A stretch of DNA of 64,000 nt from Bugula neritina (Eukaryota; Animalia; Bryozoa), in the NCBI GenBank assembly GCA_964035545.1, contig OZ037773.1:9267751-9331750 (forward strand), in the 5' to 3' direction. Positions 1-14,043 of the stretch are shown here, in pieces. The notes under the pieces were generated by a model. The model did not search any database. It was not told the origin of the DNA and worked only from the letters and a program-made list of their open reading frames with translations. A program made the position numbers and the translations under genes. Numbering within the stretch: position 1 is the first letter of the stretch; the number at the start of each line of letters is the position of its first letter.

Positions 1-192
1 ATCCCCAACACTTACACAAGCCACACCCACATTATATGCACAGTATATTGATGCAAATATCACAGAGTTGTGCACTCGCTATACACACAAGAGTAAAAGA
101 AGACAACTACAACTAACTTGCAAATTGGGATACAACAATATGTCATAATAGCTTTGAATTTGGGTGCTTCGAAGATACTTGAGGAGTGCAAC

Positions 193-336
<144 letters not shown>

Positions 337-3300
337 TATAATATACAATGCACAAGGTTCAATTACAGTTTATGCAACACACAGCAGTGCTGTTATAACA
401 TATAACACTGTGTTTCAATGATTGCGAATTATGCAATGAATGATTATTTTTGGCTTGTGGTTTAATGCAATGACAGAAACATAATGATTAACTGTTTTAT
501 TATGTAAGCTAAACTATTCATATATTATAGGTGCTGTACAATCATACATTATTATGAAACAATATATATAATATATGAAGGAATGTTACTTTCTGTTGCA
601 GCATCCTGTTGTTACAAATAAGTAGTAAAACAACAATAACAACAAGTTGTGCAAGTGGATGATTGTAACACAGGCACTACAAACACTATATTAAGTTTTT
701 CCAGGATCATCTTAAGAATTGAAAGTTCAATAAATTATACAATTATCAAAGCTAATGTATGCGCCAGCATATATTAAGCCATTCCCCCTGTTTGTACGCT
801 GTAACAGCACAAACAAAATGGCGCTGACAAAAAGTACAACGCATGGCGTTGAGCCGTGACAAATCATAATAAGGCTAACTCTTGTCTGCGGTGACTTGTA
901 CACCTTTGGATATTATTCACAAATTATTTGCAACATTCTTTTCAAAAGACGTTATATAAATGCTATTGACTAAATAAAAGCAAATAAAAAAAACAATCGC
1001 TTTTTTGAATATGTGTATCCTTGTAATAAATGTGCAAACTAATTTGAATATTAAATATTTTAGCCGTCCAAATAATTTTTAAGTTTCTGATTTTTGTGCT
1101 TTTGTGATTAGGGAAAGCTAGATTTTTAAACTGAGTTTAATTTAAACAACCAGGATAAAGATTTTTTAATCCTTTAAAACTTTTGAATTGGTTAAATTAA
1201 ATCAACAATAAGCTATTAAAATAAACTAGTGATAATGTTCTTTAAATTTTAGTACCCAATGAAAGCCTGCCGTGATTTTTTGAATCAAGCACTGCTTGAT
1301 CAACACCGCAGCGTATACAGGGTAAGATTCAGCCCGGATGTTACCAAAGGTGGTGGACATTTGCCATTACGGTGTACGGTATGGCAATGTGTGAACAAGG
1401 AGATTAACTTATTATATGAGTTTTACCCCAATCAGTTCTACTAGGATTCAGTTTTATGATGGCACCCGGTGATTATTAGCATGTAAATAAGACTTAATAT
1501 ATACACGGCATGTATAATTTAGTTCAGACTGTATAGAGCCTAAAGTAACCAAATCAGAATGATTGAAGAATTTGGGTCAAAGTTGTTGTTTTCCTTTTGA
1601 TATAAGCATAGTGTGCAATATTCTTTGAAGTTGTTGAGAGGACAGCTTTTCTATTTTTCTATTTACACCATTGATGTTACAGCGTCAATTTTTACAAATA
1701 TAATTAACAATTGAAGCGCAAACATACAATTAATTTTTCTAATATATTTTTCTAATAAATGCTCATAGAATAGATTTTATCCTAATCCAACACAACATTG
1801 CGTCAAACACAAATAAAGTAGATTTGCCTCTTGATAATAGTCACAATCTCGTAATATATATACACTGAAGATGTTATATATTGATAGGCTTGCAAAATGC
1901 AAGGTGTTTCATTCAACTCAACGCTATATGGATATAAAGTACCCAATCAGTTAACCTAAAAGTTACACTAACAGTGAAGCATAGTTCATTAGTGCTATTT
2001 CTCAAACTCAGGTCATGCATGTACCCAAACAGTTGAAAAGGCATAAACTCTAATATTATGATGGGCATACTCATGCAAAAGGTTAAAGGGCATATATATA
2101 TCACATTGTGTACGCTCAAAAATATCTAATAAACCAATTATATTCTATGTACCAAAAAGCCACTTCACAAAAATATATTGACTTAGACAGAACCCAAAAC
2201 TATATTAGCACAGTCACAAACTGCGTGGAGCTCACATATTTTGTTCAAGTAGCAATGGGAGTTGTGTTTCCTATGGAAAATAATACACAGTTTAGAAAAT
2301 GATTTGTTTGTAGTAATAAAATGTTTGTATTCTAGTTATTACAAAAGTGGTTCTACCAAAAGTTAAAATTCAGAATGCAGCTGCTGTAAACTGTAATTTT
2401 ATAACATGAGGTAAGAAATGCGTTGAATTTATGTAAACTTCAGTTTGTTAAAGACACTTTATTATCTGAGATGACTGCCCATACATATATTATTGTGTAG
2501 CCTCTATTAATGTGAAGAATAATATTCTACATATATGATGAATTATACAGTCAACTACATATATTAATATACAGAACTACCTTTTATAGATATAAAATAC
2601 AATGGGGTATAATTAGGTGTAAAAATTCTTGAGCAATTGGTATACAGGTGTCATCCCAAACAGATGATATTTATTTAATTTGGTACAATATATATTTCAT
2701 GTTCATTTATTTGAATATTTTTTAAATATATGTATATATAAATAAACTTAGATCAATTATTTGTTATTTAGCACATAAATAAAGTCCTTTGATCCGCATT
2801 AACTTTTACTTTTTGTTGTTTGAAAAGATATTTGGTTAATAAGTATTCATTGAAGATAGTGTCTATTGTAACTGTATTATAGTTTTTTGTCCCAAGCACA
2901 CAAATCCGTGAAAAATCGGACTATTATTCTAGATAATTCAATTTAGCTATTATAACTATTAGCAGTTATATAGGTATATATAGGTATATTACTATATATG
3001 GTACCAAAATACAAAACAGCATCTAACGGGGAGGTGTTTAAGTAGAATTAAACCGATTTGCAAACTCATTCTAAAAGACTATAATTATTTGAAACTTGAG
3101 CATTTCAAAGTTTTACTTTGTCTTGATAGTAGGAAGTGTTATAAGCCTGGGACTTTGACTTTGTTGAATGAACAAGCTAGATTTTCAATCCTTTAATTTT
3201 GTAATAATTATCCAAAATTATTACCTAAACAGCAACAGAAGTGCTTATTAGTTTCAGTACTAAAGCATTATAGTATTTCATCTCAAAGGCACACACTATT

Positions 3301-4097
3301 ATTATCTTTCTTCTTTCTCCAAGACAAAAGACCTTTCATAAGAACAGCTGAGCTCTATCCTTTGACATGCAGTATTACGTAACTTCTGTAGTAATCATTT
3401 CATTTCTTTTCAAATTTCAAGCAGAGCATGTTGGGTTAACTGAGTTCTTAGTTCCAAGTCTCTGTAAGTTATAGTCGGAGGAGCACCATTCATTTTAATG
3501 TGAATACGGCAAGTTCCAGGATATTTCTAAGACAGTAACAGTTGAGTCTCATTTATTTTCTCTACAATTGCGAAACATATTTGATATAAGAGTAGTTTAA
3601 ATTATAACTAAAAGTAAAACTCGTTCGTTATTACTATTAGTACCACTTTGTTACGGCTGCCTATTATTGCTACTATGTTTTAGCTTTAAGTTTAAGTAAA
3701 TTGGATTTGTATATACCCAAAAGGTTGTAGTATAAGCATATTATACTAATAATACTATATTCATATTATTGCTATATATTTTTATACAAAGCTGGCAACC
3801 CAAGACTAAGAGTAATTGCTTGTTATTTACTAATTTAGCACATAAATAAGTTCCTTTGATCTGCATTAACTTAGTAATTTTGCATTTACTATACTAATTG
3901 CGACGTTAATACATTTATAGAGCCACAAGCACGGCTACTGTTAGATATAAAATTGAAGTATGGTATTTAAGATTTCACCAATAAAATAAATCATTATTTT
4001 TCAAATATTATTTATTTCAAGCTGTCTGACTGCGTATGAAGCAACTAGCAACTCAAGTATGCCATAACGCTGAATCAGTTATATTTTTGTTGAAGAA

Positions 4098-7000
4098 ATG
4101 GCGTTGGTGGAGACGTTAGTGAAGCAGATCACCGAATTTATCAGGCCAGCTATTGAGTGTGCAATCTGCCTTGAAGAGAAATGCCTGATAATTTTGCCAT
4201 GCCAACACACTTTGTGTAGAGACTGCTATTGTGAGTGACTCAATTAGTCTGCTTTCTTACGAAAATATCGCTATTTCTTTGAACAGTCTTTGTTGCTGAA
4301 AAGCAGCCAATCATAAACAGGTTACCTTGAAAGCAGCCAATCATAAACAGGTTACAAATGAGATTCCTAGTTGTGATGCTAGGAATTTAATATGTCATTA
4401 TCTTAGCCAGTACTGCATTATACTGTACAGAAATAATAATGGTAGTTGTCTTCTTATTGAGTACTTTGAATCTCTCTCCTGTTACCTCCTAATTGGCGTG
4501 CACTAGTTGCAATTGAATAGGTTAAAACTACTGTATGCAGAGAAAGGCCTATAGTTTAATAGTTCTTGATAAACTAAATTAATGCATAGCTTTGGTGTGT
4601 AATGATATGCTTTCCACGCTCTGCACTAACACTAATCTGGATGAGTTGACAATTTGACCAGCTTGTATTGTGTTTATTATACACTGCGTTTCCATTATCG
4701 CATTATGCGAATGGATTTTTTCATTCGGCTAATGGAAACAGTTACATCGAATGAAACCGCAACTATAAGTTAATGCAAACCACAAACCACAAATAATCCG
4801 TACGGGGCATTCATTCGCATTATGCGCAGTCATGGAAACGCAGTGATATAGTAATTAATATTAGCTAAACTAAAGTTTGAGTTATACACTATATTATGTA
4901 GACTATGTTTACAAGCTTTTTGTTATAAAAGACTTTTCTTTGATGTCTGAAAACAGTAGCGTAAAACCACAGCTATAAGTTTGCTCAAAATGTGACAAAA
5001 ATTCCACAGCGTAAGGGATCCATAGCTCGTATGATTTTAAGCAATGGCAATGCACTGGTAGGACTGGAGAGTTTCTTTGGCCAAATAGCATTGGTGTTGA
5101 TGTACTTATAGCAGTATTAAGATTACTGAAATTTCAGTCACTTTAATTATATATAGCAGGCGCTATCAGGAATTAATAATTTTGTAGAAGTACCTATACC
5201 TGCATTAACAGAGCTACATATTTAGCAAGTCTTTATTATTATTTCAGATAGCATCAGAGGCAGCCAATACCAGTGGTGTGGATTCTGTAAGCTGGAGTTG
5301 TCTGCAGACGTTTTACAAGCCATTAGGTACTGCGTCTACTCTAGGGAGCTGCAGAGCAACATGAGATATATTGATCAAATTTTCGATAGATATCAAATCA
5401 CCGGCAAGTAATAAACTCTCATCTACCTGCAGACTCTGAAAGTGTAATACATATTAGTTTGTTCGTGTATACTGACATAGGGTATGCTTGCTTTAGTACA
5501 GTCATATTGGTTTAGTAAAACACTTTCTAGCTGTCACATTTAATATGTATTTCTTTTACTAGATTTTGTAGTGGATTGCATCATTTAACTAGTGTTCTGT
5601 CGTAATTTTGTCAAATTTATATAAAATATTTCCTTAAAAAAACTTGCCAATAAAATTGTGATAAAGAAAATACTATGGCTCCAATATAAAACATTCTATA
5701 AATTTTTTTATTTTATTTTTTCAAAGTTTTATAAACCCTAGACCTAGCAGCTGCTTAGTGAATAATTGATTAAAAATTAGTTTAGTTTTTAGTTAGAACG
5801 ATGACTTGAAAATCGTAAATAGCTGGTTCAAGCTCAGCTAAAAGCCAATAGTAATGTTAAAGGTAGCATCAAGTCAAAATATTCCCTTATAACAATAGAA
5901 ACCAAGTTCTTAGGCAGCTTCAAAAGTATGTTCATTGGATGTTTACACAGGGGTAGCAACTACTAATACACAGCAATGTTTTATTATTATTCATTTAATT
6001 TGTCTCTTAATTTCACAGAAAAGAAGGAGTATTGTAGTACAAACGGTTGCGATAGACCGATCGATGAGAAATGTACAAGATGTTCAAAGCCCATTTGCTT
6101 CAAGTAAGAACTGCTTCACACTATTATGTTATCAGAACAACTAGTAACCTAATATTCAATTTGATAGATTTTAGCTTGCATGATGCACTGCACCATGTAT
6201 ATATTATATGCATGGTGCAGTACAGTAACACTGGCTGGGTTTGGCTGTAATTGCAGTAGGCTAAAGAGTTTGGCTTCCAGCTTACTTCTTTCAGAATTTT
6301 CCAGATTTCTTTGCCAAAGTTTCACACTAAAAATATCCATTGTAGTGAATTGAAATTACCTAAATTTTGAATAAATAAATATTCAGATTTTGAGAGGAAA
6401 TGGATAAGGAAAACAATCAAACAGTTTTGGTTTTTTAGTAACTCTAATTATCTAATTGTAATGAGAAAAACTTGATGAAGAAAAATTGTAATATTTTTCA
6501 GTACTGCGTGGTTTGAAATTATAATCTAATAGTTTATAAAAATGGCTTTACTTTCTTTTATTATAATCTGCAGTTGTTATGCCTACCAAAAATGCATCTG
6601 TAAAGCTGAAGTTATTAGCGGAGAAACTGATACCAAAGAAATCACAAAGAAAATAGTAAAATACGACTTTTTCCATACACAAAGGTCATCCAAAGTGAGT
6701 CCAGTCGGCATTTATCTCCACCTGTAATTTTTCTTAAGCTTGCCGTCCGTAAAGCATATTTAAAGTTTTCTAAAGAAAGCTAGTTAGCAACATTGACCAC
6801 ACCCACTACTGGAAGCTAGGTCAATTTGAGAGAAGGTGTAAATAAGCTGCCCAGCAAAGCTTTCTCTTTAGTTTGTGTTTTCAAAAGTGAAAAGCTGTTT
6901 ATGACCTAGCTTGATTTCTAGAGCACGTTAACAGTATCATTGCAAGCTTGTATGTAATGTGTGGCTAACCTCCTAAAGGCCTGGCCGCGTACTCTTGAGA

Positions 7001-8676
7001 ATCACGCGCAATCATCTATTATACACAAAAACACATCGATCGGATTTGAGGGAATGCATACTAAATCATGTTTGATGGGTGCACCTACAAAAAACTCAAT
7101 TGATGATAAGCACAGTTTGATTGGTCAATAGCATTTTAGCAACAGTGATTGTTTCATTTCTACCACCCGTTATGACCAGTCACAACGGAAGGATAACTCA
7201 TGACAATATTCACGCAGATTTTGCGTGATTCTCATGAGTGTGAGACGAAGCTTTAAGACGTTATTCTACTACAGGGTTATTTCTTGTAAAGAATTGGTAT
7301 AGATTTATTATAGCACGTTTATAATCAGCGTATTATTATTTTGTGCAGGCATTGATAGCTTGCATAAGAGGCCAATTGATTAGATTACTACAGTCCACAA
7401 TTGCATGCTGCCATTGCGGGAAGATCACTGATTTGCACTTACTAGATTCTCAGTATCCACTGTGCAAGAGATGTCTGGGTAAAATATTATTCTTTTGTAT
7501 TAAAAATTTTAATTTTTAAATATAATTCTCAAATTTGCACTTTAAAAACAAAACTTATTAAAGGATATTATTTTCATATGTTTACTGATTAAAGCTTGCT
7601 AATTGATTTTTCTAGCTTTGTGTGGTAAGCTCATACTGAAGGGAGTGCAGTGCAGATCTTGGTTGAAGTAACAATATTTTGCTATAGCTTTCCTATTTCA
7701 TATTTATAACTTTTTTTAGCCTGCTTAAACGAAAACAACAAAGAGTTAAAAGATGAGTCTGAGGACAAGTGTCCCAAGTTTAGACAAGCTGTGTATTTCA
7801 AGGAAGAATTGAACAAGTTCACGAACACACTGGAAAAGTTTCATTTCACAGGTAACATAATTTGTTACCAACATAGATTTCAATTTCTAAAAGGAGTTAG
7901 AAAACTTTCATTAGAAGCATTAATTATCTGCAATCTCCCATAACGTCAATATTTCTTCATCAGTAACGAATGGGTAACTAATCCTGAAAATGTTTCAACT
8001 CAATTGTACTTTCACAGGAGTTACAGAAATAGAAATAGTAGTTATGAGCTTAAATAGACTCATCATGACAAAGAGTTAATCAGACAATACAATAAATTAT
8101 TAGATAGAGCGAACTCAAATATCACCTAAATCCGAACTCTGGAACCTTAAACTACTGCACTTATTGACCCCTACTCTGAGTGACCCATGCAACAATTCTT
8201 ACAAACCACTTGATTTTACTTCAAATATAATATGGCTACTTTAATTAACATGCAGTCACAATATTGCACCATTTACACTCATTTCAAAGTAAAAAAGTCA
8301 TCGTATACTCTCCTGTACAATCAAAACTGTAATATCATCATTATATTATTCAGAGTTGTACGCTCTTGTAATATGTTGTGTTGCTTTTTTTTCTAGAAAA
8401 AAGAAACTTGTGCCAAATTGGAAATTGCGATAGACCTTTTGATTTCTACTTGAACCAACCCTCAACAAATGCATGCTGCAGGTAATCTGTTTTATTGCCT
8501 GACAATAATACAGAATTTTATTTTACAATAATACTCTTTTCTTTACAGTGTCTGTTGTGTGTTTTAGGTGTGTGGTTAGCGCAATTCGTGCACGATTCAT
8601 TCAGAGCATAACCAAAAGGATATCTGTAAGGAAAATCAAACTAGAATTCCCAACGGAAAATTTATCTGAACTTTAA
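4098..8676 (+). CDS. RING-finger / B-box-like zinc-finger protein with an internally duplicated module (8 coding exons)
   Basis: Phase-compatible exons 4098-4230, 5248-5403, 6019-6103, 6574-6694, 7349-7478, 7720-7851, 8397-8481, 8568-8676 (TAA). Translation contains a C3HC4 RING (CAIC..PCQHTLCRDC..CGFC), then CSTNGC..CTRCSKPICFNC, then a degenerate second copy (CCHC..LCKRC..KCP; LCQIGNCDRP..ACCRC). Not in the ORF track because the exons are short. Confidence 0.8.
4682..4845. mobile_element. MITE-like element in intron 1 of the RING gene
   Basis: Perfect 14-bp terminal inverted repeats cactgcgtttccat / atggaaacgcagtg, flanked by ATA on both sides, with internal subterminal repeats (cgcattatgcg). 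Confidence 0.7.
6974..7255. mobile_element. Degenerate MITE-like element with ~40-bp imperfect TIRs
   Basis: Left taaag..actcttgagaatcacgcgcaatc matches the reverse complement of right gattttgcgtgattctcatgagt..cttta. Confidence 0.5.
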
Positions 8677-10587
8677 TTTTTATTTTTTAGGAGTTGCACT
8701 CTTTTTATTATAGTTAATTATAATATTATAATACTTTTTCAAAAATATAGAGGTGTCAGTGAAAGAACAAAAACTTATTAGCAAGCAATCCTAACATTGA
8801 TTCTAAGTTTAACTCTACTTACTGTGCCGTGGTGGTCAATGCTTATACCATTGAACTAAAATGTTATAGTTTCAGTTCAGTGGCTTATACCTTTAAGTAA
8901 AACAGAGTAATCGATAATAATTTGAAATATTTACAGATATAGGTATATAATTATTAGACTGTCAATTAATGCTGATTAGCAATGGACGGCTGCTGATGAT
9001 CCTGAATAACTAACCCACAAGTTGAAGAATAAATAGCCTGCATATATTACTATAGTTTCAAAAATATGTCTGAAATAGATTGGTATAGCATGCTCTTGTC
9101 TATTAGAGTTTGCAGTTGTGCTCCAAAATTTAAATTAAACTGTATGCTATCACATAAGGTTATTCATGCAAAAAGGTGATGACAATACTGAGTTTGAGGA
9201 AAACAACGTACTGGAAGTAAACTTTGACAATAGTGTGTTATTCTCTTCATACAGTAGCACTGCGTAGGGCCTATACTCTATAGTCTATAGCATAACTCTC
9301 TAATCGTGCAAATCTTTATGAAGCCCACAGCTCATGAAAGGGTGGCATTGTAATTTGAAACTAAAAATTCTGTTGCTGAATTGTATTTAAGGCATGTTAT
9401 GAAGAAAAATTTGGTTTAGGTAGCCTACCCAAACGGCATTCTACAATACAGCTCATATGCTAGCAGCTGTAATAAGTACTTAAAATAGCAATGTTACTAT
9501 CATGGCTAGCTCTGTGCAGTTTGTGACCTCTTGAATAATTGCACCAATTTTGAACCCTTATGGAAGTTTGCCAAGTTATCATATCGCAGCCACGGGAGAT
9601 CAAGCATCACAGCTATTCATATAATATACTGATGCACTTGGTAGCAGATTGGCTAATCAAGTAATCTATTATAGTTCAACACCCTTTACTTTGGGAATAC
9701 AGCCTCTTTTTGTTAGTTGACTCAACAAACCATGAAAATATCTAAACTAATATTCTAATAATTTAGAGGTACATTTCAAAAACTAGGTTAATTGCACTTG
9801 TTTGCACAACAAAGATAATAAAATATATATTATGCAATATAATGAAAAACACATAATATTATGTAACATATTATAATGATAATAATATAATATTATAGCT
9901 ACAGCAGCTGCATTTTTTAAATCCGATGCATGGTTGCCAAGGAAATCTATTACACCAATTTTGTAATTACATCAAAAATTTTGATAAAAAAATAGAACTA
10001 GCTAGACAGCAATACAAGATTGGGTTTTAGCCAACAGGCCATAGCATGTAGCTTTTGAGCCAGCAGCACTGGCATTTGTAAAGTAGGTATAAGCAAAGTT
10101 AGTGAAGCGAGACTAACGAGCACTCAAGTGAAGTGTAATATTGAGATACGTGTACAATACAAGTCAGGAGCGGATAAATTAGAAAGAATGTGGAAGGGGG
10201 ACTGTGTTTTTTAACAAGCTATAACATAAACATGAATTGGTTTTTGAAAGAATTAAAAAAGTATATTAGAGAACATAAGTTTCTTTATTTTTTCATATTT
10301 TTTTTGTTGCTGTGACATTCAACCTTTTCGAGCTACCAGTGGAACATTATTCATAATAGAACGTAAAGCACCTGGCAAAAAGCCAGAAACTTAAAAACAT
10401 GACCTTTAACCAACTGTGCAATCAACCAGATCACACTAGACTTTTTACTGCACACCATACGTAACTAAGAGCCTATTTTTACTAACCAATCAGCCTCTCA
10501 AAATAACATTAAATTTTTGACTATACTGAAGCTTCATATACTGCTCGTTTACTAGAATGTAAAGCTGCTCACTGATGAGCTGTTGGA

Positions 10588-11194
10588 ATGAAACTGTATA
10601 GTGTATTCATACCTTTATCACTTGGAGTACTAGTTGCACTAGTAACCAGTAACCAGTGTCCATTGCCTAGCATATCCAACTCTACCACAGAAGAGAGTGT
10701 GTATTATGGAGATAGAAGCATAACTAAAAGAGAAGTATTTCATTTACTATGTAAGGGCTTTAATAATTATGAATAGCAGAAGATTTGGTAATCAACTAGA
10801 ACGAGAGAAACTTGCAAGCCATTTGAAGTCATATGATTCTGGGCATTATTCATGTTCTATCATACTATATTGTATGAGCATTTTTAGGAATAGAAAAAGT
10901 TTCAACCAATTTTGTGCTACCTTGGCAAGCTGTATAAGTATATCTTTAATATATCATTTTTCAAAAAACAGTTTTTAGAAATTGCAACGCCAGTAACATT
11001 TCAAACTTCCATGTGTTGGCAGCATCTATTTTTAGGTTTAGACTATAACGTTTATAAGGTCTAAATTCTTATATCCAAATTTTGATAAAATATTAATTAT
11101 ATTCTTTAGAATTTACACAGTATTATCTTTGTTGTTTCTAGTATATAATATAAAGTAAGATGTGGTACTGCATCTGCCCAGTTTCGCGAAGCAC

Positions 11195-11248
<54 letters not shown>

Positions 11249-12536
11249 TTGCATAACATATTGTATTCTTTTTGTTTCACAGCTGTCATTGAGGTGTTCC
11301 TTTCGTTTGGTAAGACTGTAGCTGAGGTGATAGAGTTTGTTGAAAACCTAAAGGACAAGTATGGGGCTACTGCTGTCCTAGAGATAGACAACTACTATAA
11401 GGCAGCACTCAGTCATCCTAAACTATGGGCAGATAAAGGAATGAGTAAGACATACCCAGACAAAGTAGTGTCTGGATACAGAGGAGCTTTGGCAGTTCAC
11501 GGAAAAGGAGATGGAAGAGGAGTGGAGTTCCTCGTCAAGTATGAGCTGCAAGTTGATGATTATGCAATAGATGTGTATGCTTATGCCAGAGTAGAGCAAC
11601 AAGTTGCCTGGAAGAAAGAAAATAAGTTTGGTATTGGAATAGTGCAGGTTGACTCAAATTCCACGGGTATGAATATTCGAAGAACTAAATTTCATAGTTT
11701 TTTTATTCTCATCGAGAAAACTATTCTTCAATATCCTTGTGATGGCAAGTTTTGTTCATGAATATTTAAAATTATAAAAACTGCGTTGCGCATGTTATTG
11801 AACTTAAAAACTCAAAATTATTCAAGTTTATAGTCACCATCCCTGTGAGAAAATCTCTGATGAAAGGGGTGTTTTGTTAAATTGGGCTAAGGACTTTTTC
11901 AGATGGAGCACAAGAGCAATTATGACTGGATGCTCTTCCTAACATCACCAATGGCCTTTGTTAAGACCCTAACGCTCTACTCCTTTTGTTTTTTTTTTCT
12001 TTATTGAGGTAGTTGTGACATAATTAATAATGAATGCCCATCAGTTTATCCGAACCATGTATATATACTTTTTTTTATTTTTCTCACCTTTAACCTCGCT
12101 TTGTCCTGTTCAGGTAGCAGATATATAGGATGTAGTAGATTTGTGCTCCACACTAAGATAATATTTGGAGACCCATTTTGTAGATTATGCTAATGCAGAA
12201 GAGATGGATTTCATGGAGATTAAACAGTTTGGCTCAGAATCTCACATCATCACCCACTGCTACAGGAAGCTTGTCTGTGTCTCTGCAACTTTCTCTGCCG
12301 CGCATCAAGCTGAGGGACGTATTAAGATACTCCCGGTTGAAGTTGAGGATTTTGCCGAAGGGAAAATTAAAGACTGTGCGGCAGATAGGCAAGATGAACT
12401 TGACTATGAGCTGAAATACGGAGTAGATAGAACTAAGGTGGCCGAAGCACCAGTGTCTCCACTCACTGGTGGTTATACGATTAGCCTCCCTAATATGTTT
12501 ACATTTTGTGTGGCAATCTTCGCATTTGGCTTGTAA
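10588..12536 (+). CDS. Secreted actinoporin-like (conoporin/echotoxin-type) pore-forming protein, copy 1, ~299 aa, with a hydrophobic GPI-signal-like C-terminus
   Basis: Exons 10588-10750, 11283-11666, 12184-12536 (phase 1/1). Signal peptide MKLYSVFIPLSLGVLVALVTS; propeptide ending RSITKR; amphipathic helix; then TAVLEIDNY..HP....G....P..V.SGYRGAL.VHGK..G..; C-terminal SATFSAAHQAEGRIKILP..DFA. This pattern resembles molluscan actinoporin-like toxins (recognised from memory, no search run). Confidence 0.75.
11193..11241. repeat. (CA)n microsatellite in intron 1
   Basis: Direct observation. Confidence 0.95.
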
Positions 12537-12726
12537 ACGTGCAAATGTATAATGTGATCATGTTGTGCGAATATTGTAGTTTAACACAGAATGATTAATG
12601 ACTAAACTACTTTAAAATTACAATATTCTCTTTGTTTCACATTATTGATATCACAATACTACTTCACATAACTTCACTGTCTAACTGCATGGGCAATACC
12701 TATTAGGTCTACAAATAAAACATCCA

Positions 12727-12973
12727 ATAGCACTCTACCTGCACTTGCTATGCTATAGCACTCTACCTGCACTTGCTATGCTATAGCACTCTATTTGCAC
12801 TTGCTATGCTATAGCACTCTACCTGCACTTGCTAAGCTATAGCACTCTACCTGCACTTGCTATGATATAGCACTCTATTTGCACTTGCTATGCTATAACA
12901 CTCTACCTGCACTTGCTATGCTATAGCACTCTACCTGCACTTGCTATGCTATAACACTCTACCTGCACTTGCT
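12727..12973. repeat. 28-bp minisatellite, ~9 copies
   Basis: Unit atagcactctacctgcacttgctatgct repeated in tandem between the two pore-forming genes. Confidence 0.92.
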
Positions 12974-14043
12974 ATTATATACTACCAGGAATGGACAGCA
13001 ACAAGTTTATTGAAAGCTAAAACCAACAGGAGCTTTTATTAGCAGCCATGACCGCTAAACTGTAAACTCTTTTTACTGGATACCTAGTAGATAGATATAT
13101 TTACTGCAATACATAATATGAACCCTAGAATACATGAACAATCATCAAATTGCTGCTTTTCATATAGCAACATCAACACGTTCAATTAAACTAGGAATAG
13201 TTGATATTATATAGAATTGATATTGACTTATATCAGGAAAGGAACTTAGAACTCATAATTATCTTTTAAAATAATTTCAACTAACTTTTGAAAAGCAAAC
13301 TCTACCTACATACAGCTGACAAAGGACTAAAAGTTTTGATGTCACACATGCAGCACCATACAACTTATTTAGGTGGGTGGGATTCTCATCAATGCTAAGC
13401 ATTGAAAATGAGAGGTGAAACAGCCTTGACCTGTCAAGTGACTCGAGATGTGCACTTTGTTAAAAAATAACTTTATTGTAAAATATCGGAAGTGTTTATT
13501 CAGTACCTATAATATGTAGGATTGCATATTTATGGCTTTATAATGTGTGTGGCATGGTAGCAAGTCTGGCACTAGCATCTGTGGGACAAACTTGGAGTTA
13601 CTTCCCCCAAAATGTCATAATTTTTTGTAAGCATGTATAATGTTTCATTCATTTCTTGATGGTATAATATAAAAAATTATATTATAACAATAAAAAATAT
13701 CACAATAATAAAATCAGAACTGCATTAAAAGACAATCTTCTCAAAATCAGAATAAAGTTTTCAGTAAGTTGAAAAATAGCGATAGTGAAACCTCTATATT
13801 TAAATTAGTTCTTAATAATCTATAGAAAAGTTGAGAGTTTATTAATAGCCAATGAGACTTAAGCTTCTGCTTGCTGTTGAATGCTACTTATTATTATCCA
13901 ATGATCATTCAATATTTCATTAGCCAATCAAATTGCTGACACCCATGCATAGGTTGCATGCTGAACCTTTCATTGCAGCTATATATAAATGATTCCCCCA
14001 TGTAAAGTTGTACATTTTCTCAACAAGATTATAAGGAGCCAAA

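Noticed and set aside
780-3560. Possible exons or transposon remnants (e.g. 1259-1444, 3290-3540)
   Set aside because: No recognisable protein motif or consistent splice chain could be established by eye.
12727-12973. 28-bp repeats (and 27-bp repeats at 27397) as a CRISPR array
   Set aside because: Head-to-tail repeats with no unique spacers, no cas genes, and a eukaryotic context.
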